Shown piece after piece: positions 52,199 through 62,060 of a stretch of DNA of 64,000 bases. The stretch comes from Escherichia phage REP2, in the sequence record OQ174501.1. One strand, 5' to 3'. The notes beneath the pieces are model-generated. The model searched no databases and was not told where the DNA came from. It saw nothing but the letters and a program-made list of their open reading frames with translations. Within the stretch, counting starts at the first letter, position 1. Each line of letters starts with the position of its first letter. The position numbers were made by a program, and so were the translations under genes.

Positions 52199-52596
52199 TG
52201 GCAAATATTAATAAGCTTTATTCTGACATTGACCCAGAAATGAAAATGGATTGGGACAAAGATGTTTCAAGATCTCTTGGATTAAGGTCAATTAAAAATA
52301 GCCTTTTAGGAATTATTACAACCAGGAAAGGGTCAAGGCCATTTGACCCAGAATTTGGATGTGATTTATCTGATCAGCTTTTTGAGAATATGACTCCTCT
52401 TACTGCTGATACTGTTGAGCGTAACATTGAAAGCGCAGTAAGAAACTACGAGCCACGTATTGATAAATTAGCAGTTAATGTAATACCGGTTTATGATGAT
52501 TATACTCTGATAGTAGAAATACGCTTTTCAGTCATCGATAACCCTGATGATATTGAGCAGATAAAACTACAACTAGCTTCCAGTAACAGAGTATAA
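52198..52596 (+). CDS. 25: Baseplate wedge subunit gp25
   Basis: 132 aa, as in T4. Confidence 0.9.
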   Translation: MANINKLYSDIDPEMKMDWDKDVSRSLGLRSIKNSLLGIITTRKGSRPFDPEFGCDLSDQLFENMTPLTADTVERNIESAVRNYEPRIDKLAVNVIPVYDDYTLIVEIRFSVIDNPDDIEQIKLQLASSNRV

Positions 52597-52622
52597 TGCT
52601 TCACGTATAAACGTGGTATAAT
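52597..52622 (+). promoter_or_regulatory. Middle (MotA-dependent) promoter for uvsY
   Basis: MotA box TGCTTCA (52597-52603), 13 nt, TATAAT (52617-52622). Confidence 0.65.
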
Positions 52623-52662
52623 GAATCTAAGTCCATCCAATAACAATTGAATAGAGAACAAT

Positions 52663-53076
52663 ATGAAATTAGAAGATCTTCAAGAAGAATTGAAGAAAGA
52701 TGTGTTTATAGATTCGACTAAATTACAGTATGAAGCAGCTAATAATGTGATGTTATATAGTAAATGGCTCAATAAGCATTCAAGTATTAAAAAGGAAATG
52801 CTTAGAATTGATGCACAGAAAAAAGTTGCTCTTAAAGCTAAATTAGACTACTACTCGGGACGAGGAGATGGTGATGAATTTAGTATGGACCGTTATGAGA
52901 AATCAGAAATGAAGACAGTTCTATCAGCTGATAAGGATGTTTTAAAAGTTGATACTTCATTACAATATTGGGGAATTTTATTGGATTTCTGTAGCGGAGC
53001 TCTTGATGCTATTAAATCACGCGGATTTGCTATTAAGCATATTCAAGACATGCGAGCATTTGAGGCTGGAAAATAA
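52663..53076 (+). CDS. uvsY: Recombination mediator UvsY
   Basis: 137 aa; MKLEDLQEELKKDVFIDSTKLQYEAANNVMLYSKWL...; matches T4 UvsY. Confidence 0.95.
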   Translation: MKLEDLQEELKKDVFIDSTKLQYEAANNVMLYSKWLNKHSSIKKEMLRIDAQKKVALKAKLDYYSGRGDGDEFSMDRYEKSEMKTVLSADKDVLKVDTSLQYWGILLDFCSGALDAIKSRGFAIKHIQDMRAFEAGK

Positions 53077-53300
53077 TGAAATATAGCATTGATGATGCTT
53101 TTAATTATGAAGAAGAATTCGAAACGGAAATTCAATTCTTAATGAAAAAGTATAATCTCAAGCGTCAGGATATTCGTATCCTGGCCGACCACCCATGCGG
53201 TGAAGATGTACTTTATGTTAAAGGAAAATTTGCTGGATATCTTGATGAATATTTTTATTCCAAAGATATGGGCATTGATATGCATATGAGAGTTATATAA
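53076..53300 (+). CDS. Hypothetical protein (uvsY.-1 position)
   Basis: 74-aa ORF, ATGA overlap with uvsY. Confidence 0.6.
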   Translation: MKYSIDDAFNYEEEFETEIQFLMKKYNLKRQDIRILADHPCGEDVLYVKGKFAGYLDEYFYSKDMGIDMHMRVI

Positions 53301-53303
53301 ATA
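53296..53303 (+). promoter_or_regulatory. Late promoter (TATAAATA)
   Basis: Exact TATAAATA 26 nt upstream of the 55-codon ORF at 53329. Confidence 0.6.
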
Positions 53304-53328
53304 GATATATAATTTAGAGGAGACAATC

Positions 53329-53496
53329 ATGTCAGATAAGATTTGTGTTGTCTGTAAAACTCCAATCGATTCTGCATTGGTTGTTGAAACAGACAAAGGT
53401 CCTGTACATCCTGGGCCTTGCTATAATTACATTAAAGAACTACCAGTTTCAGAAAGTTCGGAAGAACAATTAAATGAAACACAACTTTTGCTATAG
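53329..53496 (+). CDS. Small Cys-containing protein (uvsY.-2 position), 55 aa
   Basis: MSDKICVVCKTPIDSALVVETDKGPVHPGPCYNY... with CxxC...C; SD GGAG upstream; below the track cutoff. Confidence 0.5.
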   Translation: MSDKICVVCKTPIDSALVVETDKGPVHPGPCYNYIKELPVSESSEEQLNETQLLL

Positions 53497-53551
53497 TGTG
53501 ACCTTTAGTCTATAGTTTTGGCCCTTCCTTTTTGGTTGGGCCTTTTTTAAT

Positions 53552-53782
53552 TTAAAAGCTTTCTTCTACTTCATCGTCTGAATCTTCTAATTCAGCTCTT
53601 TTTCCTGCCAAAGCATCTCTCACAGAGATGTCATCAGTATCTTTTAATTCAGTTTCTTTAACTCTTTTCTTATAATAAGCTTCAAGTTCTTCTAAACCTT
53701 CTAATGTTTGACAAGAGGCAATTTTACCCATAAATTCATCAATAGAAGCTTCATAAAGAAATTGTTTAAATTCTAGTAACAT
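53552..53782 (-). CDS. uvsW.1: UvsW.1 (76 aa), acidic small protein / UvsW C-terminal module
   Basis: 76 aa from MLLEFKQFLYEASIDEF...; the track start is an upstream TTG. Confidence 0.75.
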   Translation of the reverse strand: MLLEFKQFLYEASIDEFMGKIASCQTLEGLEELEAYYKKRVKETELKDTDDISVRDALAGKRAELEDSDDEVEESF

Positions 53783-53807
53783 CTTTTTCTCCAAAGGGCC
53801 GAAGCCC

Positions 53808-55319
53808 TTATAAATTAACTGTTTTCATTACGTAATTAAATTTTTCATCTGCGTAGCGCTGAATACGATCAATGCCGTGTTTTAAAAGATAGTTCAAATG
53901 AACGTATTTCTTTTTCGTATTAGCAGATTTTGGCTTGACGCCTGCGTCATCTATAAGATCCCAGACTGTTGCAATTGTTTTAGAACCATGTTTACGTAAT
54001 ACGCGACCTATTGTTTGCAATACAATAATTTTAGATTTAACACCGTGTGCTAAAACAACGTGATGCAGATTTTTAACTGAAATACCAGTAGAAAATACAC
54101 CATAACTAGCTACTATAATTATTCCTTTACCGTTTTCAGCTAAGGTTTTCATTATATTGCGGGTTTCGGTATCAACTTCCCCTGATACGTAATAAACTTT
54201 ATCGTATTCATTTTTAATTAAATCGAAAATAGCTTTACCATGCGATACATGTTTAAACATGACAAAAGCGTTTTCATCTTTTTGTGCAAGCTTAATAGCT
54301 AATTTAGCGATCCATTTATTTCTTTTACTGAGCCCAGTAATAATTTTTATTTCTTCTTGGTAATTTTTTCCCTTTAATTTAGTAGTGAACTCATCGGGAT
54401 AGCGAAGAAAAATGCTATTAATTTTTAACTCAGTTACTTGTCCATCTTCCATTAATTTAGAGGTCGTTACTGGCTTAAATATTTCACCAAACATTCCAAC
54501 ATACTGCATGATATTGGCTTTGCCATCGCGCAATGAACCAGACAAACCAAATTTAAACATGCAGTTATTTAAACCTGATATTATAGATGAAATACTTTTT
54601 CCTGTAGCAAGATGACATTCATCATTCATCATCATTCCAAACTGTGAGAACCATTCTTTTGGTTGTTTTACTACAGTTTGCCATGTACCAACAACGACTG
54701 GTGCATCATTTTTATATTTATCATCTTTTGATGCTCCACCGCCGATTTTCTTTATCATTGCATGACTGAATAAACGATAGTCAACAAAGTCATCAGCCAT
54801 CTGAGTTGTCAGAGCAGTTGTTGGAACAATAATAAGAATTTTGCCTTCATAATTTTCCAAATAATATCGAGCAAGCAAAGCTTGAATTAAAGATTTACCT
54901 GCGGATGTTGGAAGATTAAGAATTCTACGACGATTAACTAATCCTTCGAACACTGCATCTTTTTGATACCAATGCGGTTCAATTCTTTTATTTCCTGAAT
55001 AGATTTCTAATTTAGAAAGCCATTCATCAAAATCTTTTCTTGATAATTCTTCTTTTTCGTTAATCTGTGGGTCAATCCAGGCTTTATAGCCAAAGTTATC
55101 GCAGAACTTTTTAATTTGCCCGACTAAACCGAATGGAAGAAGGCGATTATAATCTAAAAGACGAATTCGTCCATCCCAGTGGCCATATTTGTACTTCGGA
55201 TTAAAACGATACCCATCAGCTTCAAAGCTAAAGAAATCACGGAGTTCATGAAATGTACTTTCTTCGCAATCAATTCTCACGTGACTAAAATCATAAAAAT
55301 GTACTTTAATGTCAGTCAT
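53808..55319 (-). CDS. uvsW: UvsW RNA-DNA / DNA helicase (SF2)
   Basis: 503 aa; Walker A-like NLPTSAGKS, DExH-like MNDECH. Confidence 0.95.
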   Translation of the reverse strand: MTDIKVHFYDFSHVRIDCEESTFHELRDFFSFEADGYRFNPKYKYGHWDGRIRLLDYNRLLPFGLVGQIKKFCDNFGYKAWIDPQINEKEELSRKDFDEWLSKLEIYSGNKRIEPHWYQKDAVFEGLVNRRRILNLPTSAGKSLIQALLARYYLENYEGKILIIVPTTALTTQMADDFVDYRLFSHAMIKKIGGGASKDDKYKNDAPVVVGTWQTVVKQPKEWFSQFGMMMNDECHLATGKSISSIISGLNNCMFKFGLSGSLRDGKANIMQYVGMFGEIFKPVTTSKLMEDGQVTELKINSIFLRYPDEFTTKLKGKNYQEEIKIITGLSKRNKWIAKLAIKLAQKDENAFVMFKHVSHGKAIFDLIKNEYDKVYYVSGEVDTETRNIMKTLAENGKGIIIVASYGVFSTGISVKNLHHVVLAHGVKSKIIVLQTIGRVLRKHGSKTIATVWDLIDDAGVKPKSANTKKKYVHLNYLLKHGIDRIQRYADEKFNYVMKTVNL

Positions 55320-55348
55320 GTCTAAATACCATGTAATAAATATATCTA

Positions 55349-55356
55349 TATTTATA
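55349..55356 (-). promoter_or_regulatory. Late promoter (TATAAATA) for uvsW
   Basis: TATAAATA on the - strand, 30 nt upstream of the uvsW ATG. Confidence 0.6.
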
Positions 55357-55369
55357 CTGAGGAAATATT

Positions 55370-56050
55370 ATGATAGATAAAGATTATATTGCAGAGCTGA
55401 AGGCTCTTGATGATAATAAAGAAGCTAAAGCTAAATTAGCTGAATATGCTGAACAGTTTGGTATAAAGGTCAAAAAGAATAAATCTTTTGATAATATCGT
55501 TAATGATATTGAAGAAGCTCTCCAGAAGCTCGCTAGTGAACCTATGCCAGAGACTGATGGGTTATCTATTAAAGACTTAATTGATGCTGCTGATGCCACA
55601 GACGGATTAAAATATGACGATGAAGAAGTCAATCCAGAGGCAGCACTTCTGATTGATTCTCCGGTTAAATCTGACATTAAAATTGAAGTAGTAGAAACGG
55701 ATAAAATTCCTGAAAATACCACTGTTTTAATTGAAGATACTCCTTTTGTTGAAGAAAAATTCGAACAGGCTGTAGCTGAGATTATTGAATCTGAAAAGCC
55801 GTCTGTATTTACTCTTCCGGAAAACTTTAGTCCGAATCTTCAGCTGATTGGAAAAAATCCAGGATTCTGCACTGTTCCTTGGTGGATTTATCAATGGATT
55901 GCTGAAACCCCAGATTGGAAATCTCACCCAACTAGTTTTGAACATGCGTCGGCACACCAAACTTTATTTAGCTTAATTTACTACATTAATCGTGACGGAT
56001 CAGTTCTAATTCGTGAAACACGTAATTCTTCTTTCGTAACATTAAAATAA
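55370..56050 (+). CDS. inh: Inh, inhibitor of prohead protease gp21
   Basis: 226-aa acidic protein; position between uvsW and hoc as in T4 (segD absent). Confidence 0.7.
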   Translation: MIDKDYIAELKALDDNKEAKAKLAEYAEQFGIKVKKNKSFDNIVNDIEEALQKLASEPMPETDGLSIKDLIDAADATDGLKYDDEEVNPEAALLIDSPVKSDIKIEVVETDKIPENTTVLIEDTPFVEEKFEQAVAEIIESEKPSVFTLPENFSPNLQLIGKNPGFCTVPWWIYQWIAETPDWKSHPTSFEHASAHQTLFSLIYYINRDGSVLIRETRNSSFVTLK

Positions 56051-56059
56051 GGATAACTT

Positions 56060-57484
56060 ATGGCTTTTACAGTTGATATAACTCCTAAAACCCCAACAGG
56101 AGTTATTGATGAAACCAAGCAGTTTACTGCTGCACCCAGTGGTCAAACTGAAGGTGGAACTATTACCTATGCTTGGAGTGTAGATAATGTTCCACAGGAT
56201 GGAGCTGAAGCAACTTTTAGCTATGTACTAAAAGGACCTGCAGGTCAAAAGACTATTAAAGTAGTTGCAACAAATACAGTTCCAGAATCTGAAGCTGAAC
56301 CTGAAACAGCAGAAACTACGACAACTATCACAGTTCAAAATAAGACACAGACTACTACAATAACAGTAACTCCTGATAGTCCTTCGGAAGGAGTAATCGG
56401 AACAGCTGTTCAATTTACCGCTGCCTTAGATTCACAGCCGCCAGGTGCATCTGCTACGTATCAATGGCACGTCGACGGTTCTCCTGTGGGAGAAGCAACT
56501 GACGCTACATTTAACTATACTCCTGCCATAAGCGGAGTTAAAAAAATTAAGTGTGTAGCTCAAGTAACTGCGACAGATTATGATACAAAGACCGTTACTT
56601 CTGACGAAGTGTCGCTGACTGTTAACAAGAAAACCCAAGCGACTACTTTAGTTGTAACTCCTAATAGTCCTTCAGCTGGAGTAATTGGAACTCCAGTTCA
56701 ATTTACTGCTGCCTTAGCTTCTCAACCTGATGGAGCGTCTGCTACATATAAGTGGTATGTAGATGATTCTCAAATTGGTGGAGAAACTAACTCTACATTT
56801 AACTATACTCCAACTACAAGTGGAGTAAAAAGAATTAAATGTGTAGCGCAAGTAACTGCAGAAAATTACAATGAAAAGGAAGTTACTTCTAATGAAGTAT
56901 CATTGACAGTTAATAAGAAGACAATGAATCCACAGGTTACATTGACTCCTCCTTCTATTAACGTTCAGCAAGATGCTTCGGCTACATTTACGGCTAATGT
57001 TACTGGAGCACCTGAAGCAGCACAAATTACTTATTCATGGAAGAAAGATTCTTCTCCTGTAGAAGGGTCAACTAACGTATACACCGTTGACACCTCATCT
57101 ATTGGAAGTCAAACTATTGAAGTTACTGCTGTCGTTACAGCAACCGACTATGATAGTAAAACAGTTAAAGCAACAGGCCAAGTTCAGGTAACTGATAAAG
57201 TTGCTCCGGAACCAGAAGGTGAATTGCCTTATGTTCATCCTCTTCCACATCGTACTTCAGCTTATATCTGGTGCGGTTGGTGGGTTATGGATGAAATCCA
57301 AAAAATGACCGAAGAAGGTAAAGATTGGAAAACTGAAGATCCAGACAGTAAATACTACCTGCATCGTTACACTCTTCAGAAGATGATGAAAGACTATCCA
57401 GAAGTTGATGTTCAAGAATCACGCAATGGATACATCATTCATAAAACTGCTTTAGAAACTGGTATCATCTATACCTATCCATAA
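56060..57484 (+). CDS. hoc: Hoc, highly immunogenic outer capsid protein, with an extra Ig-like domain
   Basis: 474 aa versus 376 in T4; four Ig-like repeats plus the conserved capsid-binding C-terminus ...EGELPYVHPLPHR...TGIIYTYP. Confidence 0.9.
   Translation: MAFTVDITPKTPTGVIDETKQFTAAPSGQTEGGTITYAWSVDNVPQDGAEATFSYVLKGPAGQKTIKVVATNTVPESEAEPETAETTTTITVQNKTQTTTITVTPDSPSEGVIGTAVQFTAALDSQPPGASATYQWHVDGSPVGEATDATFNYTPAISGVKKIKCVAQVTATDYDTKTVTSDEVSLTVNKKTQATTLVVTPNSPSAGVIGTPVQFTAALASQPDGASATYKWYVDDSQIGGETNSTFNYTPTTSGVKRIKCVAQVTAENYNEKEVTSNEVSLTVNKKTMNPQVTLTPPSINVQQDASATFTANVTGAPEAAQITYSWKKDSSPVEGSTNVYTVDTSSIGSQTIEVTAVVTATDYDSKTVKATGQVQVTDKVAPEPEGELPYVHPLPHRTSAYIWCGWWVMDEIQKMTEEGKDWKTEDPDSKYYLHRYTLQKMMKDYPEVDVQESRNGYIIHKTALETGIIYTYP
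56348..56935 (+). repeat. Tandem duplication of a ~294-bp Ig-domain-coding unit in hoc
   Basis: Protein units TTITVTPDSPSEGVIGTAVQFTAALDSQPPGASATYQWHVDGS... and TTLVVTPNSPSAGVIGTPVQFTAALASQPDGASATYKWYVDDS... are highly similar. Confidence 0.8.
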
Positions 57485-57502
57485 TCATAATCATAATCAT
57501 AA
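57482..57502 (+). repeat. (TAATCA)3 hexamer microsatellite at the hoc stop
   Basis: CCATAATCATAATCATAATCATAAGG. Confidence 0.7.
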
Positions 57503-57525
57503 GGGGCTTCGGCCCCTTTCTTCAT
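57500..57525 (+). terminator. Rho-independent terminator after hoc
   Basis: AAGGGGC-TTCG-GCCCCTT followed by a T-rich tract. Confidence 0.75.
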
Positions 57526-57585
57526 TTTGAAAGCACACAAAACATACTCAGAAAATGATGTATATAATGGCATCAACTCGATAAC

Positions 57586-57801
57586 ATGAGATTGATTATG
57601 AGAACTGAGGTTGTGGTGTTTACTCTTCATGAGTCTGGAAAGTCATTCATTGAAATTGCTCGTGAATTAAACTTACAGGCGAAAGAAGTGGCTGTATTAT
57701 GGGCTCGAGCTATGACTGCTAAGAATAAATTTGAAACTCGAGAAAAAGTTGTCTATAGAAAAAGGCATATTAATAAAAAGGTGAAAAATGGAACAGTATG
57801 A
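57586..57801 (+). CDS. Hypothetical protein (24.3 position), possible HTH
   Basis: 71-aa ORF; SFIEIARELNLQAKEV resembles a helix-turn-helix. Confidence 0.55.
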   Translation: MRLIMRTEVVVFTLHESGKSFIEIARELNLQAKEVAVLWARAMTAKNKFETREKVVYRKRHINKKVKNGTV

Positions 57802-58066
57802 TCTTTATGAAAATGAATCTTTTGCTAATCAATTACGTGAAAAAGCACTTAAAAGTAAACAGTTTAAGCTAGAGTGTTTTATTAAAGATTTTTCGGAACT
57901 TGCTAATAAAGCAGCTGAACAAGGTAAAACATATTTTAGTTATTATTGTACTGCTCGCGATAAATTGATTACTGAAGAAATTGGTGATTGGCTGAGAAAA
58001 GAAGGATTTAGCTTTAAAGTCAATAGTGATCAGCGTGATGGTGATTGGTTAGAAATTACATTTTGA
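57788..58066 (+). CDS. Hypothetical protein (24.2 position)
   Basis: 92-aa ORF; synteny. Confidence 0.55.
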   Translation: MEQYDLYENESFANQLREKALKSKQFKLECFIKDFSELANKAAEQGKTYFSYYCTARDKLITEEIGDWLRKEGFSFKVNSDQRDGDWLEITF

Positions 58067-58075
58067 GGATTAATT

Positions 58076-59080
58076 ATGTTTAAAAAGTATAGCAGTCTTG
58101 AAAATCATTACAACTCTAAATTTATTGAAAAACTTTACAGTTTAGGATTGACTGGCGGCGAATGGGTAGCTCGTGAAAAGATTCATGGCACAAATTTCTC
58201 ATTAATTATTGAGCGTGATAAAGTAACTTGTGCTAAACGCACTGGTCCTATTCTTCCTGCTGAAGATTTCTTTGGGTATGAAATTATTTTGAAGAATTAC
58301 GCTGATTCCATTAAAGCAGTACAAGATATTATGGAAACTTCAGCGGTTGTATCTTATCAAGTCTTCGGTGAATTCGCCGGACCTGGCATTCAGAAGAATG
58401 TCGATTATGGTGATAAAGATTTTTATGTATTTGACATTATTGTTACTACAGAAAGTGGTGATGTAACTTATGTCGATGATTATATGATGGAATCATTCTG
58501 TAATACATTTAAATTTAAAATGGCTCCACTTTTAGGTCGTGGTAAATTTGAAGAACTTATTAAATTGCCAAATGATTTAGATTCTGTCGTACAGGATTAT
58601 AATTTTACGGTAGACCATGCTGGATTAGTTGATGCAAATAAATGCGTTTGGAATGCTGAAGCAAAAGGCGAAGTATTTACCGCTGAAGGATATGTATTGA
58701 AACCTTGTTATCCTTCTTGGCTGCCTAATCGCAATCGTGTAGCCATCAAATGCAAGAACTCTAAATTTAGTGAAAAGAAAAAGTCTGATAAGCCTATTAA
58801 AGCTAAAGTTGAGTTGTCAGAAGCTGATAATAAATTGCTGGGAATTTTAGCTTGTTATGTTACACTGAACCGAGTAAATAACGTTATTTCTAAAATTGGT
58901 GAAATTGGTCCAAAAGATTTTGGAAAGGTGATGGGACTAACGGTTCAAGATATTTTGGAAGAAACTTCTCGTGAAGGTATTACTCTAACTCAAGCGGATA
59001 ATCCTTCTTTGATTAAGAAGGAATTAGTTAAAATGGTACAAGATGTACTTCGTCCGGCTTGGATTGAATTGGTAAGTTAA
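58076..59080 (+). CDS. rnlB: RNA ligase 2
   Basis: 334 aa; adenylylation Lys motif KIHGTN; matches T4 Rnl2. Confidence 0.95.
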   Translation: MFKKYSSLENHYNSKFIEKLYSLGLTGGEWVAREKIHGTNFSLIIERDKVTCAKRTGPILPAEDFFGYEIILKNYADSIKAVQDIMETSAVVSYQVFGEFAGPGIQKNVDYGDKDFYVFDIIVTTESGDVTYVDDYMMESFCNTFKFKMAPLLGRGKFEELIKLPNDLDSVVQDYNFTVDHAGLVDANKCVWNAEAKGEVFTAEGYVLKPCYPSWLPNRNRVAIKCKNSKFSEKKKSDKPIKAKVELSEADNKLLGILACYVTLNRVNNVISKIGEIGPKDFGKVMGLTVQDILEETSREGITLTQADNPSLIKKELVKMVQDVLRPAWIELVS

Positions 59081-59082
59081 AT

Positions 59083-59112
59083 AAAAAGGGACCAAAAGGT
59101 CCCTTTGTTTTA
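59083..59112. terminator. Bidirectional hairpin terminator between rnlB (+) and gene 24 (-)
   Basis: AAAAAGGGACC-AAAA-GGTCCCTTTGTTTTATT, with A/T runs on both sides. Confidence 0.75.
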
Positions 59113-60393
59113 TTCATCAATGATAATTTTTGGTAGCTTAACACCTAATAAAACAGACAAATCTGAACGACCCGCCATTTTATCCATGTCTCCACCATCA
59201 ATTACTCTTGCTTCTTTTTCATCTTTTGCTACAGTGTAAGGATTTGCAGATAAAGCATATCTAACTAATAAACCGATAGATGGCTGCAAACTTTCTGGAT
59301 CAACTACAACTTTAAATGCACCTACATGTTCAGGGTCATCTAAGTCGAGACCTTCTGTATACGGAGCATAGAAAATTGATCCAACAATTTCTTTTTCACC
59401 GATATTTTCTACTACGCCAACGATTACATAATCTAATGGGCTGTTAGTATCGCAATAAAGCGGTAAACCATTAGCTAAGAACCCGTAGGCATTTTGTGAA
59501 AGATATTTATCATCTTCTGGTTTATGTTTTAACCAACCAGATGCAGCAAGAATCGCAGCGGCACGAGCTGAAGCAACACAAAACGTTGCTGTATAAGTTG
59601 ATTCTTTTTGGATATGCGAAACCATTTCACATACCATTCGGTATAATGAACGACCAGCTTCAGGTGCAGATGCATAACTCAAATCAATGAATCCAGTATC
59701 AGTAATTCCTGTAACTTTATAACGTTTTGATACTGTAATCAAAGACTGCAGAATATCTTTATTGATTTCATCTGCCATTTCAGTTGCAAGCAAATCTTCC
59801 AAGAAATTAGGAGCATCGAATCCATTTGCTTCTAAATCTTGTGCTAATTCAACTGTGATACCAGTTTTAAGTTTACGAGATTTAACTGCGGTTTGCCATT
59901 TATTAATCTGGAATCTAGCATCCGCAATTTCACTATCAGAGCTTTCAAATTTGCTTGTTGACGCTGCGTCAGAAAATAGACGAACCTTTAAAAGAACAAT
60001 TGCAATCTGAAGAGCTAATTCTAAATCACTTTCTTCAATATCAGCAAATGGTGTATCTTCTAATACTTTATAAACGATATTATTATATTTGAATAAATCG
60101 CCTTTATTGAGAGTTAATTTAGACTCTTCTGTTAATTCTGTGATTTGTTCTCGGTCTACATATCCAGCTTCGCCAGCGTAAGTAGCACCAGTTTTAAATG
60201 TAAATTCATTGTCTGGGTTAAGGTATTTGATACCATAAAAAGCAGCAACAGGTTGATTAGTTCTTTGCGTTGCTACAATGTCAGAATATATTAATTTAGT
60301 GGTAGCGCGAGTCAAAGCAACGAGATTTGGGCGACCGATTGAGTTGCTATTCGTTGTGGTTGATTCGCGCAGAAGTTCGTTGATTTTAGCCAT
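59110..60393 (-). CDS. 24: Capsid vertex protein gp24
   Basis: 427 aa, as in T4; paralogous to gp23. Confidence 0.95.
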   Translation of the reverse strand: MAKINELLRESTTTNSNSIGRPNLVALTRATTKLIYSDIVATQRTNQPVAAFYGIKYLNPDNEFTFKTGATYAGEAGYVDREQITELTEESKLTLNKGDLFKYNNIVYKVLEDTPFADIEESDLELALQIAIVLLKVRLFSDAASTSKFESSDSEIADARFQINKWQTAVKSRKLKTGITVELAQDLEANGFDAPNFLEDLLATEMADEINKDILQSLITVSKRYKVTGITDTGFIDLSYASAPEAGRSLYRMVCEMVSHIQKESTYTATFCVASARAAAILAASGWLKHKPEDDKYLSQNAYGFLANGLPLYCDTNSPLDYVIVGVVENIGEKEIVGSIFYAPYTEGLDLDDPEHVGAFKVVVDPESLQPSIGLLVRYALSANPYTVAKDEKEARVIDGGDMDKMAGRSDLSVLLGVKLPKIIIDE

Positions 60394-60420
60394 TGCGCTT
60401 TCCTTTCAGTTTATATGATT

Positions 60421-60428
60421 TATTTATA
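60421..60428 (-). promoter_or_regulatory. Late promoter (TATAAATA) for gene 24
   Basis: TATAAATA on the - strand, 28 nt upstream of the gene 24 ATG. Confidence 0.7.
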
Positions 60429-60439
60429 CCATAAAAACA

Positions 60440-60462
60440 ACTAAAGGGACCCGAAGGTCCCT
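60440..60462 (-). terminator. Rho-independent terminator after gene 23
   Basis: On the - strand GGGACC-TTCG-GGTCCC followed by TTTAGTTGTTTTTAT. Confidence 0.75.
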
Positions 60463-60476
60463 TAAATCGTCAAAGA

Positions 60477-62042
60477 TTAGATACCTTTAACATATACACG
60501 GCGGAAGTAAGCGTTCTTACCAAGGCTGTTCAGGATAGAAGGCATACCACTCTGAATGCGAGAAGCCGGAGCCTGAGCAGCGGATTCTGCAAATGGGTTG
60601 ATACCGATACCGTAACGAGTTTTGAATCCCATTACCGGTTGGAAGTTCTTCGGATCAGAACCACGCAGCGGAGTCAGAGCTACATATGGAGCATAGTAAA
60701 TACCAGCATCCATTTCGTTCGGACCTTTATAACCTACGGTGAAATAATCCTGTTTAGCATACTGGTCGATATATACACGGTATTTACCACCCAGAACACC
60801 AGCAAATACTGACTTGGTAGTATCAGTGTTAAAGCCAGTAGCCAGACCTTGTGCAGCATAAGAAATGCCGGTATCAACTGAAGCCAGAACGTTAACTACG
60901 TTACGGGAAGCGATAATGAAGTTACCTTCGCCGCGACCAGTCTGACGAGCAATTTCAACTGCTTCTTTGTCAATCTGGAACAACAGAGCTTTAAAGGATT
61001 CACCTGCCCAGCGAGCACCACGAATATCGATTGGGTCCTGGAAGTCAAATACACCAGCTTTAGAACCCGGAGTCAGGGTCATACCAGATTTACCAACCTG
61101 AGCGGAGTAGTTAATCCAATCAACAACTTCGCGGTTGATTTCCAGCATAATTTCTGTAGCCAGAATACCAGACAGTTCAGCATCAGCATCCATACCGTGA
61201 ACAGCGCGGAGGTCTTGTGCTAATTCGATAGAGTAAGCAGCTTTCAGCTGACGAGATTTAGCTTCGATAACTTGTTTATCGATACGGAAGCCCATTTCAT
61301 TCCATGGGTTATCGGTAGAACCGTTGAAACCTTCCTGAAGTTCAGCGATAGAAGTAGCCATACCTTCAGCGATTTCTACCAATGCGCCAGCTTCCATTTG
61401 TTTCTTAATTTCAGCATCTAATTTAGCTGCATCATCTGCAGTAGAACTAATTGTTACTTGAGCAGAAGCTTGCAGATATACAGTACCAGTTTCCTGGAAG
61501 AAGTGAGTATAGATATCACCTACTTTGGTTTGTGTGCTAGCAGCCAGAGCTGGGAATTTCTTAGCAGCACCCTGACCAGAGAACATTGCATCTGGACCAT
61601 ACATTGGGTGGAATGCTTCTTTAGCATCAGCAGCGATTGGGTCTTTACCATATACTGCACGCAGTGCGAATACCTGGCCAGTCGGGCTATTCATCGGCTG
61701 AACACCGCAAATATCGAAAGCAATCAGGTTAGGAATAGCACGACGTACCATACCCATAACAGCTGGGCCAATCTGAGTTACTGCGCCAGAAGTCTGACCA
61801 GCAGCAATGTTAGTAGCGTTGTAACCGTGGTCACCACCGATTTCAGCTTCTGTTAAGAAAGAACCAAATGCCTGGGCGATTTTTTCGTCTTTATACTCTG
61901 GAGCTGTCTGGAAATCTTTTTCCTGGTTTTCAAAGATTTTAGCGATAATCGCTTGTTTGCTATTAGCAATTTCCGGTAAACCTTCACCTTCCAGTAATGG
62001 CTTCCATTTGTTCAAAAGTTCAGCTTTAGTTTTGATAGTCAT
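60477..62042 (-). CDS. 23: Major capsid protein gp23
   Basis: 521 aa, as in T4; MTIKTKAELLNKWKPLLEGEGLPEIANSKQAIIAKIFENQEKDFQTAPEYKDEKIAQ... Confidence 0.97.
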   Translation of the reverse strand: MTIKTKAELLNKWKPLLEGEGLPEIANSKQAIIAKIFENQEKDFQTAPEYKDEKIAQAFGSFLTEAEIGGDHGYNATNIAAGQTSGAVTQIGPAVMGMVRRAIPNLIAFDICGVQPMNSPTGQVFALRAVYGKDPIAADAKEAFHPMYGPDAMFSGQGAAKKFPALAASTQTKVGDIYTHFFQETGTVYLQASAQVTISSTADDAAKLDAEIKKQMEAGALVEIAEGMATSIAELQEGFNGSTDNPWNEMGFRIDKQVIEAKSRQLKAAYSIELAQDLRAVHGMDADAELSGILATEIMLEINREVVDWINYSAQVGKSGMTLTPGSKAGVFDFQDPIDIRGARWAGESFKALLFQIDKEAVEIARQTGRGEGNFIIASRNVVNVLASVDTGISYAAQGLATGFNTDTTKSVFAGVLGGKYRVYIDQYAKQDYFTVGYKGPNEMDAGIYYAPYVALTPLRGSDPKNFQPVMGFKTRYGIGINPFAESAAQAPASRIQSGMPSILNSLGKNAYFRRVYVKGI

Positions 62043-62060
62043 TTGTGTTAACCTTTAAAA

